Of a stretch of 64,000 nucleotides of DNA, positions 31,479 through 42,360 are shown in pieces. Under the pieces are notes generated by a model that worked only from the letters and a program-made list of their open reading frames with translations, searched no databases and had not been told where the DNA came from. Position 1 is the first letter of the stretch, and every line of letters starts with the position of its first letter. The stretch spans positions 32,001 through 96,000 of the IMG/VR virus record IMGVR_UViG_3300046167_000883, one strand, 5' to 3'. This DNA is from a virus. A program made the position numbers and the translations under genes.

Positions 31479-32183
31479 TTATCCAAGGATATTTTCGCGG
31501 CTAAATGCAGCAGCGAACTTCTCCTTCAAAGTTGTTTTTGAAGCTTGAGCTTCGTTGTTATTAGGAAGAGCTTCTTCTGTAGCTTCTGCATTTTCAAGAG
31601 CTTCTTCAACGTCTACTTCTTCAGCAACTGCTTCTTCTTTAGCTTCAGTAGCTTCTGATGCTTCTGCTGTGTTGAGGCGCTTTTCGATTTCAGCTTCGAC
31701 GCGAGCGGCGATAGCTTCTTCTTGTTTTGCTTTAGCTTCCTTGTTTTTCGATGCCCAGAAAACAGCAAGCTCATCCTTAAATGATGCAAAAGACTCTTCG
31801 GTGTCATCAAGACCCTTAATCTTTTCTGCAATAAATGAGCTATCGCTTTCTTCAAGATCGTAAATGGAATCAATTTCTTCCATACGAGCATTGAAGCGAG
31901 CAACTGCTTCTTCAGCCTTCTTTTCCGCCTCGAAAGATTCGATGCGCTCTTGAGCAGCTTTAAGTTCCTCCTTGATAGCCTCTACGGAAGCTTGAAGCTC
32001 TTCTCTCGCAGAAGCGATTTCAGCCTTCTCTTGTTCCGCAGCTTCAAGAGAAGCTTTGTACTCATCATCTTTTTGTTTAATGGCATCAGCAAAAGTTGCA
32101 GTCATGCCAGCGATAGCCTCTTCAGAGAATTTCTTCTCAGTAAGCGAGGCTTTGATTTCTGATAGTAGAGTTTCTAAGTCCAT
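31479..32183 (-). CDS. nested in-frame scaffold protein (internal start MDLETLL)
   Basis: ATG 32183 sits at the protease/coiled-coil boundary and is preceded by CTGTAAACAATACTAAAATC, nearly identical to the tail-tube upstream sequence. Confidence 0.65.
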   Translation of the reverse strand: MDLETLLSEIKASLTEKKFSEEAIAGMTATFADAIKQKDDEYKASLEAAEQEKAEIASAREELQASVEAIKEELKAAQERIESFEAEKKAEEAVARFNARMEEIDSIYDLEESDSSFIAEKIKGLDDTEESFASFKDELAVFWASKNKEAKAKQEEAIAARVEAEIEKRLNTAEASEATEAKEEAVAEEVDVEEALENAEATEEALPNNNEAQASKTTLKEKFAAAFSRENILG

Positions 32184-33023
32184 GATTTTAGTATTGTTTA
32201 CAGTATTTTTTAAATTTTGTGAAATTTTGTCAGATATTTTTTCTAAACGAGCAGCTTGTGCTTTATCAGAATCTTCCTTAAGGTTTTCTTCTTTTTTATA
32301 TTCGTTACTTATTACGCCCTTAACATTCGCGGCAGGTTTCATAGTAAACCCAATGCCAAGAGGATATACCTTGCCAGTAATCAAGCGATAAATTGGCTTA
32401 CCATCTTCAGTAACACCCTTGCCACCAAAACCTCTTAACATACCCTTCATTTCATCAACCTTTTTTGGGTCGGAAATAATTTCGGCGTCTTTTAAATTTT
32501 TACTACCAACCGCGATTTGATATTCACTGAATCCAATCTCCCAACTTGCAGAGATTGTGTTGTGCATTTTGTTTTCTGGGTCTGTGCTTTTTTCAAGCAA
32601 ATCAAAAAACTCTTTATCTACTGTTTTATAAACTACAGCACCCAAAGCGATATTGAATGGGTTGGTTTCGTTTTCATCAACGTTTACTAAAAGAGTACTA
32701 TCTGAATAATCGCTAAAACCAGCATTTACAATGTGTCCAACAACCTTCTTTTTATTGTGTTCAATGTTGGTTGGCTTATGAATAAATTGTTGTACAGAAT
32801 CAATAGCAGTTTTTGTATCAATTCCGTCGCCGTTTTTATTAAACTCGTTAACAACCGCAGCATTAAAAGCTACACCCATTAAATCAATATTCTTTTCTAA
32901 GTCTACAGAGTTTGGAATTAAGCTTCTTAGGTTTTCTATATTCGCTTTGCTCACATTAATCCCTGCAATCTCTTGACAGGCGTTAATCTCAAACTCAAAG
33001 GTTGTAGTATATTTATGACTCAT
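31479..33023 (-). CDS. prohead protease fused to scaffold
   Basis: N-terminal NKNGD, PTNIEH..KVVGHI, ISASWE, PAANVKG protease-like motifs; C-terminal Glu/Ala/Lys coiled coil. Confidence 0.8.
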   Translation of the reverse strand: MSHKYTTTFEFEINACQEIAGINVSKANIENLRSLIPNSVDLEKNIDLMGVAFNAAVVNEFNKNGDGIDTKTAIDSVQQFIHKPTNIEHNKKKVVGHIVNAGFSDYSDSTLLVNVDENETNPFNIALGAVVYKTVDKEFFDLLEKSTDPENKMHNTISASWEIGFSEYQIAVGSKNLKDAEIISDPKKVDEMKGMLRGFGGKGVTEDGKPIYRLITGKVYPLGIGFTMKPAANVKGVISNEYKKEENLKEDSDKAQAARLEKISDKISQNLKNTVNNTKIMDLETLLSEIKASLTEKKFSEEAIAGMTATFADAIKQKDDEYKASLEAAEQEKAEIASAREELQASVEAIKEELKAAQERIESFEAEKKAEEAVARFNARMEEIDSIYDLEESDSSFIAEKIKGLDDTEESFASFKDELAVFWASKNKEAKAKQEEAIAARVEAEIEKRLNTAEASEATEAKEEAVAEEVDVEEALENAEATEEALPNNNEAQASKTTLKEKFAAAFSRENILG

Positions 33024-34965
33024 TCGAATGATATAAAATTGCTGACGGGTAAATTTCTAACTTGTGAGCTTCTGATAAGGTTAAAACTTTTTCTAAAGTT
33101 CCAAGCTTCTCAATAGCGTTAAAGTCGTTTACACAAGAAATCACCGTTTCGGTCCAATTTTCTTTTTCAGATGCACAAACAACCGATTCACATAACTTAC
33201 TAATCATCTTTTCTTGATCATCGTTTAGTGATTCGGCGCCAAGCTTCTCTAACATTTTTTCTGTAGCAATAGAATTTAAAGCTTCAACCTCATAAATGGT
33301 TGCTTGAATATTCTCTCTGGAGAATTGATCCTTAGAACCTTCTGGTCTTCCAGGCATTCCGTTTGTTGGTTTTTCTTTAGGCTCCTCTTCTTCACCCTCT
33401 GGTTCAATCATTGGCACACCACCAACAACTGGATTGAAGTAACCTTTTTCTCTTTGCTCTACAAATTTTTCTTGTGCTAATTCCAATTCTTCGGCTTGTG
33501 GGAATCGTCCAGTATGGAACAGTGTCATACCTTGTTCGGCAGATAGGATTCCAAGCTCCATAAGTCTTGTAGCGACACGCATAAGTTGAGTTTCGTCACG
33601 AAGATCAATATCTTTAAACTTAACAGTAGGGCAAGATCTAAAACCTAAATCTTTTGCAATTCTGCGAATTTCTGGTTGCAAGAAATCGTGGATAAATGCT
33701 TCTCTTGCTTCTTTTAATCTGTCCAAAAATACACGAGCTTTAATTTGTGCGCCATTGTATTTGTCGTCATTTAAAATGATATTTTGAAGACCCTCTTTGA
33801 TGTCTTGGTTGATTACATCGTATTTAGCGGGGCCAACAACTTTGTTAATGTCGGGGATCACAAAGTCTGCTTTTGTGGTATAATCAGAAACCAAAACACG
33901 ACCAACCGATTCGTTTTGAAAAAGCTTTTGCATAGCCTTCACATTGTTTGGATTGATGCCACCTTTTTCTGGTTCCGCACCCATAGTAATCATAAGAATA
34001 ACATTCTCGACAGTTCTCATGATTGCTTGATCCATTTTCTTCATTTCCATCTTGGCATTAATATCCTCAAGAACAGGATAACCAAATGGAATAGCGAATG
34101 GTTCGTAGTCTTGCTTTTTATAAAAGCTGTATGAAATTTTATCGTTTTTAAGATTAATCTTTAGACCATCTTTAAAGTAAGCGCCGTCCTTGATTTGTTT
34201 TTGTACCTCTGGCTCCAAAGCGTCGAAAACAGCCTGATCGTAATCATTCTTTGGATTTGAAAGTCTTTCCATGTCAAACTCAGAAAGAATCTTCGCGTAA
34301 GCTCCATCTCTTGTATTGAATACGGTACTACGTTTTGCCACAATCTCGAAAGGATTCAAAACAACATACTTCAATGGGAACTTATTCAAAGACGGGCCTT
34401 CAGAAACGTTCTGCGAAAACTTTTTGTAATCATCTAAGGTGAACTTGCCGTCAATACGATATAGGAAAATGTTGCCACTTCTGTAGTACTCTCTAAAGTA
34501 TTGATCTTTTAAATCCCAAATTTTGATTCTGTCAAAAAGCTTCTCAAAGAAGTTTCTAGAAGTTGCGTTGCCACCCTCTAAATACAATTCTGCGTTTGCA
34601 AATTCTGACATCATATCAATAGTATTCCTAAAGATAGGTACATTCGCATATGCTTTTTGGCACAGTTCGATAGCTTCTCTTACATTGATTCCGTCTGATG
34701 AAATTTCATAAGGAAGAAGTCCTCCCCTAATTTGGCTATACTTGTTAAGGGGGGCCGTAACAGACGATCTATTGATTCTTGTGCTTGTATTAGATGATGA
34801 GAGATTGCTCACGGAACCAGATCGACTGTACGACCCCTGGGAAACATGATAAGCTTCGCCCATAGTAGCGGGTTCGACAGACTCTTGAGCTTGCACGATT
34901 TGCGGCGCAACTCTTTTAAATTTATTCCAGTAGTCAGATTTTTTGGTGTATTTTCTTTTAGCCAT
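33013..34965 (-). CDS. portal protein
   Basis: 650 aa between TerL and the protease; YFREYYRSGNIFLY and KKQDYEPFAIPFGYPVLEDI. Confidence 0.8.
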   Translation of the reverse strand: MAKRKYTKKSDYWNKFKRVAPQIVQAQESVEPATMGEAYHVSQGSYSRSGSVSNLSSSNTSTRINRSSVTAPLNKYSQIRGGLLPYEISSDGINVREAIELCQKAYANVPIFRNTIDMMSEFANAELYLEGGNATSRNFFEKLFDRIKIWDLKDQYFREYYRSGNIFLYRIDGKFTLDDYKKFSQNVSEGPSLNKFPLKYVVLNPFEIVAKRSTVFNTRDGAYAKILSEFDMERLSNPKNDYDQAVFDALEPEVQKQIKDGAYFKDGLKINLKNDKISYSFYKKQDYEPFAIPFGYPVLEDINAKMEMKKMDQAIMRTVENVILMITMGAEPEKGGINPNNVKAMQKLFQNESVGRVLVSDYTTKADFVIPDINKVVGPAKYDVINQDIKEGLQNIILNDDKYNGAQIKARVFLDRLKEAREAFIHDFLQPEIRRIAKDLGFRSCPTVKFKDIDLRDETQLMRVATRLMELGILSAEQGMTLFHTGRFPQAEELELAQEKFVEQREKGYFNPVVGGVPMIEPEGEEEEPKEKPTNGMPGRPEGSKDQFSRENIQATIYEVEALNSIATEKMLEKLGAESLNDDQEKMISKLCESVVCASEKENWTETVISCVNDFNAIEKLGTLEKVLTLSEAHKLEIYPSAILYHSNES

Positions 34966-35107
34966 CTTTTTTATCCTTAAAGGAGGTCATACATACTGCA
35001 ATTCTTTGCTTAATGTCCTTATATTCCTTCTTCATGGTTTTGTCGCCCAAGCACCTAGCCATAAATTTCTTTTGTTCCTCTTCTTTTCCTGGTTTTGGTA
35101 TAGGCAT
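34958..35107 (-). CDS. 49-aa small protein (MPIPKP...FMARC...QRIAVC)
   Basis: Hand translated: MPIPKPGKEEEQKKFMARCLGDKTMKKEYKDIKQRIAVCMTSFKDKKDG; overlaps the portal start; GTGTAA upstream. Confidence 0.7.
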   Translation of the reverse strand: MPIPKPGKEEEQKKFMARCLGDKTMKKEYKDIKQRIAVCMTSFKDKKDG

Positions 35108-35158
35108 AACTGATTATAAAGTTAATTACACTTTTTAAAAGTCACTTTTTTAACTTTT

Positions 35159-37010
35159 TTAAATAAACATTGGGGTGAATCCATAATTCGCCTCCTCTGG
35201 GACATTCATCATATCATAATAAATACTCATACCCCAGTTACCTAACACCAAAGCTGAATACGAGTCCTTTCTTGGTCTATCCACACCTTTTTGTCTTTTT
35301 AGATTACTTGGCAAATCAAAACTTTGAGTACCGCCAGCGGATGTAGATACCTGTATTAAAGCACATTCAGCCTTTGTTAGATCAATCATATCTTTCTGGT
35401 GTTCAATAAAATCAATCATCTTGGCGCCAACATTTTTTTCATCTTCGTACTTTGAAAATTTTAAATCTTTGATTGGGATTTTTTTAGCTTTTTGTATTGA
35501 ATAGTTATCATCCATAGCTGTAGCAGCAAAGTATAGCTTCTTTCTATCAAAAGCGGTTTGTAACATTTCATTAGCATTTCTAATCCAAACTGATACTGGC
35601 TTCCTCAAGTGACATATCTTTTTATTAGAAAGGTTGTAGTTTCTTCTCGCTTCTTTTAAATCTTTTACATATTCGTGCGGATTATCCAATCCCGCTTCAA
35701 AAACACCAATTTCTAGTTTCTCTTTCTTGAAGATATCACTTTCGTTACAAGAGTTGATAAATTGAACCCCACCATTGTAGTCTCCCACAATCATAATAAT
35801 ATTGAAGTGGTCTAAAAGATATTTAAAGTAAATTATATGCTTCTTTAGGTTTGTCCCAGGAAGTGCGTAACTATGAACTACAACACCCTTCTTTTCTTCT
35901 GGTAAAAGTTTTATAACCTGAATAGCAAAGTCGTCAGAAGTTTCTGATTCAGACCAAGATGGGTCAAACGCCAAAACATATTCTGCACCCTCTTCTCCAG
36001 CTACCTCAACTGCTGGAGATTCGCCGTCCTCAATAGTACATTCGGCCATTTTGCTGATTTTAAAGTAACCTGCGCTGTCATCGGTAAACTGAGCGTTAAA
36101 CTCTCGATCAATCTGAGATTGGCTCATTGTACCCCTTGCTTGAGAAATCAAATTCTCATCATACAAAGCTTTTGGAGCGCAATCATAACTAAATTGCATA
36201 ATACATCTTCTACCTTGATTCTTTCGCACCAGGGTTGAAAATCATATTCTCATAGGCTTGGTACATTTTATAGAGATACTCAAATTTGTAGCATGCGGAT
36301 GATAGACCAATCATTTTATTCGACGGCCACTCCGTTCTTTCCTCTTCTGTCATTTTGCCAGCCTCAATCATGGCGTCTTCTGCGTCTTTGATTTTTTGCC
36401 TTTCCGTTGGGTTCTCTACAACCGCTAGGAACGGCATAATAACTTCATTCAATACCTTTTCTGGCATAAGCAAAAGCTCATCAATAATAATACGCTGAAA
36501 ACGAAAGCCACGAAGCTTTTCGCCGTCACCAAGTGGCAAAGCAGTAATACGACTCTTGCCAATTTGCATCGACCATTCATCGTTTGATTTGCTTACTTTA
36601 CCAATACATTGTTGAAACAATTCCGCTTTCTTGTCTTGTGCTATATCTTCAATCTTACGAAAGATCATCTTAGACTGACGGAACGATTTTGAAATGATTC
36701 CAATATGTACACCCTGATTTAACATCGCGTCCAGTAAAGCAAAAATGCCAGTAGAAAAAGACTTAGACATACCACGAGACCAGATTCCCAAAAAGTAATC
36801 ATTCTCCATCATAGCTTTAACAGCCATATGCTGGAATGGGAAAAGCTCAATACCAGTCAACAATTCGGTGGTGAAGGTTACGTTTTCTTTTAAAAATTTA
36901 TATAACCAAATTTTAGCTTTTATGTCTTCTAAATACCCTTCAAGTTCTAGAACCTGCTGGTTAACAGGCTCTCTTTTTAGTGGCTTTTGATTTCCAATGT
37001 CCCAAGTCAT
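35159..37010 (-). CDS. terL: terminase large subunit (split by a +1 A at ~36223)
   Basis: LFPFQ Q-motif, SRGMSKS Walker A, LRGFRFQRIIIDE Walker B, GLSSA; nuclease half with FDP..SETSDDF and KDSYSAL. Confidence 0.9.
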
Positions 37011-37936
37011 TCTCTCTCCTTATCTAAAAAATATTGCACATCCACATCCCATAGCTTCTTACCCAAAAGCAAAAGTTTTGGAATGATTTCTTCACTGTGT
37101 TTTCTGTTATCTGTAAAGACAAATTGACAGTTTCCTGCAAATTCGTGTTGAATCGAAATTAAGTTTGAGAATACCCAGCCCAACTTAGGCGCCCTTCTGC
37201 CTCTAGTAAATATAGCTTCTTTTTCTATAGTTTTAATTGGCTTCTCGACAACGATATACATATAACTGTCAAGCTCCACACATCTTTTCATTTCTCTTCT
37301 AAATCTATCTACTTGGCCGCCAAATGTTGATAAGAAGTCACCAGCGCTTTTTCTATCTACAAAAGTATTTGAAAAATTATTTCCACCCAACGTATAATCT
37401 CCAAAATCTAATTTTAAAATTTGTGATTTAGGAAATTTCAATGGTTGCTGCTCTCTAGTATCTATCAAAACCTCCACATCGACGTTTTCGCTGAATTCTT
37501 TGGGCATACCCTTGTTAAAGATGGGCTTGGCGCCCATAGCTTCGCAAGCTTTTGTGTATGTCCCAAAGTGTTTCTTGTATACATCCAAATCGGGTAGTTG
37601 GCGTTTTAATAACTCTAGATAAAATGGCGCGTGAGTATATTTCTTTTGTTTGATTCTCCTTTGGGCGAGTTCGATAATATAATCCTTAACCTCTGAATCT
37701 GGTGCTGACTCGCACCACTTCACAAGTTGTGAACGGTTAATGAAATCGTTTTCGAAATATTCTTCCTTCTTCTTGAATGGCAGTGGATTGCCGTTGAGTT
37801 TATTAAAACGCGGGTAATGTTTTACATAGTAATCCGCCACATACATCTTATGTGCTTTAAGATGACTGTGCAGTGATTTTTCAGAGTCAAACTCTGCCCC
37901 ACATTCTTTGCATTTATAAGACATCGTCAATTCCAA
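37007..37936 (-). CDS. C2H2 zinc finger + ERCC4-type nuclease
   Basis: CKEC...HLKAH; IDTREQQP...LDFGDY...VDRKS. Confidence 0.75.
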   Translation of the reverse strand: MELTMSYKCKECGAEFDSEKSLHSHLKAHKMYVADYYVKHYPRFNKLNGNPLPFKKKEEYFENDFINRSQLVKWCESAPDSEVKDYIIELAQRRIKQKKYTHAPFYLELLKRQLPDLDVYKKHFGTYTKACEAMGAKPIFNKGMPKEFSENVDVEVLIDTREQQPLKFPKSQILKLDFGDYTLGGNNFSNTFVDRKSAGDFLSTFGGQVDRFRREMKRCVELDSYMYIVVEKPIKTIEKEAIFTRGRRAPKLGWVFSNLISIQHEFAGNCQFVFTDNRKHSEEIIPKLLLLGKKLWDVDVQYFLDKERE

Positions 37937-38960
37937 TACCTAGAACGCGAGCTTTCCAAGCTGCCATACCTTCGAGTCTTTGGGCTTCTTCTTTGATTAT
38001 TTCTTTTTGCATTTCTGCAATGCGTACCATGTTTTTTCGCTCTTCTTCCTCCTGGAAGAGTTGTACGATAGAAAGAAAGGATGCGGTTTCCTTTTGCTTG
38101 TTCGCTAGACGCGCTCCACGATCGCCCTGAAGCTTCTTTGTGAGATTTTCAATACGAGACTCACATTGATGATATTCGGAGCTTTTAGCCTTAATAATTT
38201 CAGCCAGACGCACTGTCATTTCGTCTTGGTCATCCGCGCTTTCAAACATATCGTTGAGTTTTTGCAAATGACCCGTAATTAACTCAAGGTTGATAATTTC
38301 CTTGGCAACATTCATATACAAGTTAAGTTCATCAGCAGTAAGGTCTGGCTTGTCCCAAGTCAGTCTGATAAACTCCTGCTCAAACAATTCCTTGTCTCTG
38401 GCATTTGTATAATTGTTTACGATAGCAACAAATCGTGAATTACTAAGATTGATACGCAGTTTGTTACAACAAGCTTTCTGATTGCGTGACATTTTATCTT
38501 CCTCTAATCCATAACCCGTAGAATCGTTGATTTTTTTAATAATCCTAGAAATAGCTTGAGGGGGAACGTAGTTGCCAGCGGCGTCTTGACCTCTCTCCTT
38601 TTCCTCTTCTCTTTCTTGGTTTACAATGTCGTTAATGACTCTCCAAGGCTTTGAAAGTCTTGTGGTCTTTCCGCCGAAAATAATATCTGCAATTTCAGAA
38701 GTATTTAAACCATCGCCTTTAAGTTCTTCAATTTTATCTAATTGTTCTTCACTTAGTTCTATTTCTTCTGCTTTTTTGCGTTTTGTGGTTTTTGTTTTGA
38801 AGCCGTTTTCTGCAAGATACTTTGTGACTGCTCTGCCTTCCTTTGATCTGCCGTCAATTTTATCATCGTTAAACACAATACGGGTTATGTTTAAGATGTT
38901 GGGGTCTTTCTGAAAACTTTCTAGGATTAAATCTTTTTGCTCTTGTGATAATTTAATCAT
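37914..38960 (-). CDS. helical DNA-binding protein, possible terminase small subunit
   Basis: HTH-like GLNTSEIADII plus coiled coil; two genes upstream of TerL. Confidence 0.4.
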   Translation of the reverse strand: MIKLSQEQKDLILESFQKDPNILNITRIVFNDDKIDGRSKEGRAVTKYLAENGFKTKTTKRKKAEEIELSEEQLDKIEELKGDGLNTSEIADIIFGGKTTRLSKPWRVINDIVNQEREEEKERGQDAAGNYVPPQAISRIIKKINDSTGYGLEEDKMSRNQKACCNKLRINLSNSRFVAIVNNYTNARDKELFEQEFIRLTWDKPDLTADELNLYMNVAKEIINLELITGHLQKLNDMFESADDQDEMTVRLAEIIKAKSSEYHQCESRIENLTKKLQGDRGARLANKQKETASFLSIVQLFQEEEERKNMVRIAEMQKEIIKEEAQRLEGMAAWKARVLGIGIDDVL

Positions 38961-39629
38961 AGTATATCTTTCTCCTTGATTATCTGTTTTGCTTTTTCTT
39001 GGAAAATCTTTTTTAAGTTTTTGATTTGCTTGTAGCCAGCAGAACGCTTCTTTTCGTTTGTTTTAAACCCTAAATATCTTGCAACTTCTTCTTCTGATTT
39101 GTTTTGGACAAACAGCATTTTAAATGCGTTGAAATGTCTGGGGCTTAAATGTGGCTTCATTTCCATAGCAAGTTTATAAGTGGCGTTTTCCAAATCTAAA
39201 AAATTGTCTGGCTTTTCATAGATTTCGTAAATATGGTTTCTCCATAGTTACTGCTAACTTTATGTCGTATGCTGCTTTTTTCTTTTGTTCCCACTCTCTA
39301 TATTCGGCACAAGAACCATCCTGAACTTCGCTTAGTGTTCTGGAGCATCCGTCTCCACCCATATTAAACTGGCAACGTAAACATGGTCTAGCATAGTTGC
39401 CGTAGTGGTTTCTTAGCAGGTTTTTAAATTGATTCGAAACGACCCTACTTAACCAAGGTTCAATTGGCTTGGACTGATCCCACAAGTGCCACTTCTTGTA
39501 GATATGAGTCATGATGACTTGCTTTATGTCATCATAATCTACATAAGCTACTGCATCCAGATCCCACTTTGCTCTTTTTCTTTCTAGCGCCGCTTCGATC
39601 TGCTTTAGCTTATCCTCAAAAGAATACAT
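38957..39629 (-). CDS. second sigma-factor-like protein (ECF-like, Cys insert; split by a +1 A at ~39238)
   Basis: DDIKQ..HIYKKWHLWD...WLSRVVSNQFKNLLR region 2; LSPRHFNAFKMLF..KSEEEVARYLG region 4; joins as TME-NHIYEIY. Confidence 0.7.
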
Positions 39630-39953
39630 TACAGATCGTCGATACTTTTGGTATTATTCTGCCTTCTTTTGGGGGCTTGCTTTCCTCCTAGAGAACCTAT
39701 GGTTTGCTGATAGCTTGCCCCAAAGGTCATCCAACTCATATTGTAGACTTGAAATGTTTGGGACAAAAGCTGAATCAGTATAACCGTCAGAGGTTTCGCT
39801 AGCTTTAGAGGGGATTGAAGTTTTACACGCAGGAATATCTTCGTCCTTTTTAGATGAAGTTTCGTTAATGTTAGTGCCACAGTTTGGGCAAAAATTGGGT
39901 GGATTGAATTTGTATTCTAGCTTATGCCCACAATTAAAACAAAATTTAGTCAT
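39629..39953 (-). CDS. zinc-ribbon protein (split by a +1 C at ~39725)
   Basis: FCFNCG...PNFCPNCG. Confidence 0.65.
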
Positions 39954-39988
39954 GGTTCATAATAAGATAAAAAATAATTTTTTAAATT

Positions 39989-40676
39989 TTATTTTTCCAA
40001 CTTAGATACAATGAATTTCAAAATTTCGCTCCTCTTAATATCTTCTGTGCCGAATGTTGTGCAGAAAATTCCTTGCTCTTTTGACTCTTCATCATCAAAT
40101 GCGTTGAAGATTTCTGCGAATCCGCTTCCACGAATATCGCTCTGCATCATGTCGCCGCAAATAATAATCTTGGAATCTTCGCCAATTCTGGTTAGAACTG
40201 TCATTAGTTCGTTGTATGTAAAGTTTTGAGCCTCATCAACAATAACGATCCTGTCATTCCAGTTCGCGCCTCTTACAAAATTAACTGGCATACATTCGAA
40301 TTGCCTTTTCTCGCGCAGGAATTTTATATCTGGTGTGTGAAGCATTTCCTCAATCTTATCATAAAACGGAGTGGCGAAAACGCCAAACTTCTCATCAATA
40401 GATCCAGGAAGCGAGCCAAGGCTTCTCTGAGAGCTTTCAGCTATGCTCCTTACGTATAGGATGTCTTTTTCAAGGTCAGAGTCCATCATGAGTTGCAAAG
40501 CGCAGTATACAGCCATATACGTCTTTGCGGTCCCAGCAGGGTCCAGATAAAAACATCAGTTTTGTTTCGTCATCAAGCGCGGTTTTTAAAAAATCGACCT
40601 GATTTTGAGTAAATCTAAATTTACGTTCCTTGAATCTTGTTTTGTGATTCAATTGTTTGAACTCTAATTTTGACAT
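39989..40676 (-). CDS. phoH: PhoH family ATPase (split by a +1 C at ~40540)
   Basis: Corrected GPAGTAKT P-loop; LGSLPG, FVRG, IVDEAQN, LTRIG, GDMMQSD. Confidence 0.9.
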
Positions 40677-40696
40677 TCTGTTTCTATTACACTATA

Positions 40697-41557
40697 TTAC
40701 TTGAGTAATTCTGTAATAGTTATATTTCCACGGGCTAAATCTCCAGCTTGAACGGAAATATTTTCAGCAGTGATGCGTCCATTAATAACTGTTGAGAATA
40801 AAGGTTGCGTGTCTGTTGCGTTTTTTACTCCAATTGTAATGCTACCTGGATTTTTCCCAGTGAGGGGTACAAGGGCTTCAATGTTATCGCCTTGAATCTG
40901 AATACTTTGTTCGGCGGTCAAAAGCTCAACAACAGATGGATAATAAGATCCAATTTCATAAACTGGTAAACGATTAGCGCTAAATTGATATTGAACCGAT
41001 TCAACCGTAGTCACGTCATTCAAAATAGATGTTCCATTAAAAGTCGAATACGCGCCGTGGCCAAATGTTGTAAAGTCTGTAGCTGGTGTTCCCGCAACAC
41101 TATTATTTTCAGCGGCAATTTTCCCACCCTCATTTGTGGTTGTTGGTGGTTTGTAAACAGCAAAGTCACATTGAACTAAAACGGGCTGATATGGAGCAAG
41201 AGTATAAGAAAAAGAGTTTAAGTACAGTCCACTCAAAGCAATACCATTTGAGTCGTCTCCAAATCTCGCAGTAGCTCCATCGTTGCCAACAGCCCCAGTA
41301 TAATCCGTTGGATGAAATTCAGTATTTGGTCCTGCATAAAAAGAAAATGACAACGAAGCGTTCGGAGGGCCAGCAAGGTTGAAATTATTCCTATTGGGGT
41401 CTTGACCTAAAACTCTTGCCTGTGCGATATTGGGGGTGTAGTTAAATTGCAGTTGTTGACACTGTACTCCCCTGTGGAGGCCTATTGTTGGTAAGGCCGA
41501 TTGATCCGCCGAATTTCCGAAATATAAAGGTATGTCCGTATAACTTATGTATGCCAT
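40697..41557 (-). CDS. tail-tube-fold minor structural protein
   Basis: QLQFNYTPNIAQARVLG and VQYQFSANRLPVYEIG repeat pair, as in the tube paralogs; GTGTAA upstream. Confidence 0.55.
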   Translation of the reverse strand: MAYISYTDIPLYFGNSADQSALPTIGLHRGVQCQQLQFNYTPNIAQARVLGQDPNRNNFNLAGPPNASLSFSFYAGPNTEFHPTDYTGAVGNDGATARFGDDSNGIALSGLYLNSFSYTLAPYQPVLVQCDFAVYKPPTTTNEGGKIAAENNSVAGTPATDFTTFGHGAYSTFNGTSILNDVTTVESVQYQFSANRLPVYEIGSYYPSVVELLTAEQSIQIQGDNIEALVPLTGKNPGSITIGVKNATDTQPLFSTVINGRITAENISVQAGDLARGNITITELLK

Positions 41558-41565
41558 AATGTTTA

Positions 41566-42360
41566 TTACACTTTTTTGTATCCTCTATACGTTAAATTAG
41601 CAACTATTGTATCGCCAACTCCAGCAGTTATGCTTTCATCTACCAAATAGGCGTTCTCTAAAGCAAAAGTATTTAAAACACTGTTGCCACTAATTTGAAT
41701 TTGGATTGTTCTGTTTCTGTCTTTTGTGGAATCAAGAAAAGAAAAGGTATCCTCTGGTTCATAATCTTCAACTTCCATAGAAATGGTAGCTTCTTGATTA
41801 ATCGGTCCCATAATAGATATATGAGATGGTGTATCCTGACCCAAACCATAAATAGGCTGCACATTGAAAGTCTCAGAGAAATTAAAAGATTGAACAGAAT
41901 TAGTTCCCCCTTTATCAAATGTAACTATTAAACCATCTTGTGGCACTTCTTCAATTGCGGGTTCACTTGAAGCACTAGATCTAATTGATGCGCCACCGCC
42001 AGTCAGAGTCCCATAAATACTTAAATCAAAAGAAATTTGAGGCAAGTCGCCAACAGAAGCCGCGACTGAATACCCGTTTATCACGCCCGTAGTAAAATCG
42101 AGTATATTATCACCGTATTCAAATTGACCCGAAATATCTGTTAGCCCTGTAAGTGTTTGCACAAATTCCTGATTTAACAAAAACTTATCAATTGCCGCCG
42201 TCACTGTTGTGGGGCCGCCGATTGTTGTGCCAGCGCACTCATTGCCTAATGTCGATATTGGAGACTCATTGACGTTCTGAGAAAAGGATACATTTTGTAC
42301 CGCGCTTAATAACGTATTGTTTATAATTATATACTCTTCGTGGGACCCGTCTAATGCCAT
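41566..42360 (-). CDS. tail-tube-fold minor structural protein
   Basis: VQNVSFSQ..SPISTLG, YSVAASVGDLPQIS (cf. YTLDASVGSIPTVS in the MTP), VQSFNFS..QPIYGLG. Confidence 0.6.
   Translation of the reverse strand: MALDGSHEEYIIINNTLLSAVQNVSFSQNVNESPISTLGNECAGTTIGGPTTVTAAIDKFLLNQEFVQTLTGLTDISGQFEYGDNILDFTTGVINGYSVAASVGDLPQISFDLSIYGTLTGGGASIRSSASSEPAIEEVPQDGLIVTFDKGGTNSVQSFNFSETFNVQPIYGLGQDTPSHISIMGPINQEATISMEVEDYEPEDTFSFLDSTKDRNRTIQIQISGNSVLNTFALENAYLVDESITAGVGDTIVANLTYRGYKKV

Noticed and set aside
29652-37010. Programmed frameshifting or pseudogenes in MCP and TerL
   Set aside because: No shared slippery motif; the same +1 pattern occurs in many unrelated genes, which is best explained as sequencing error.
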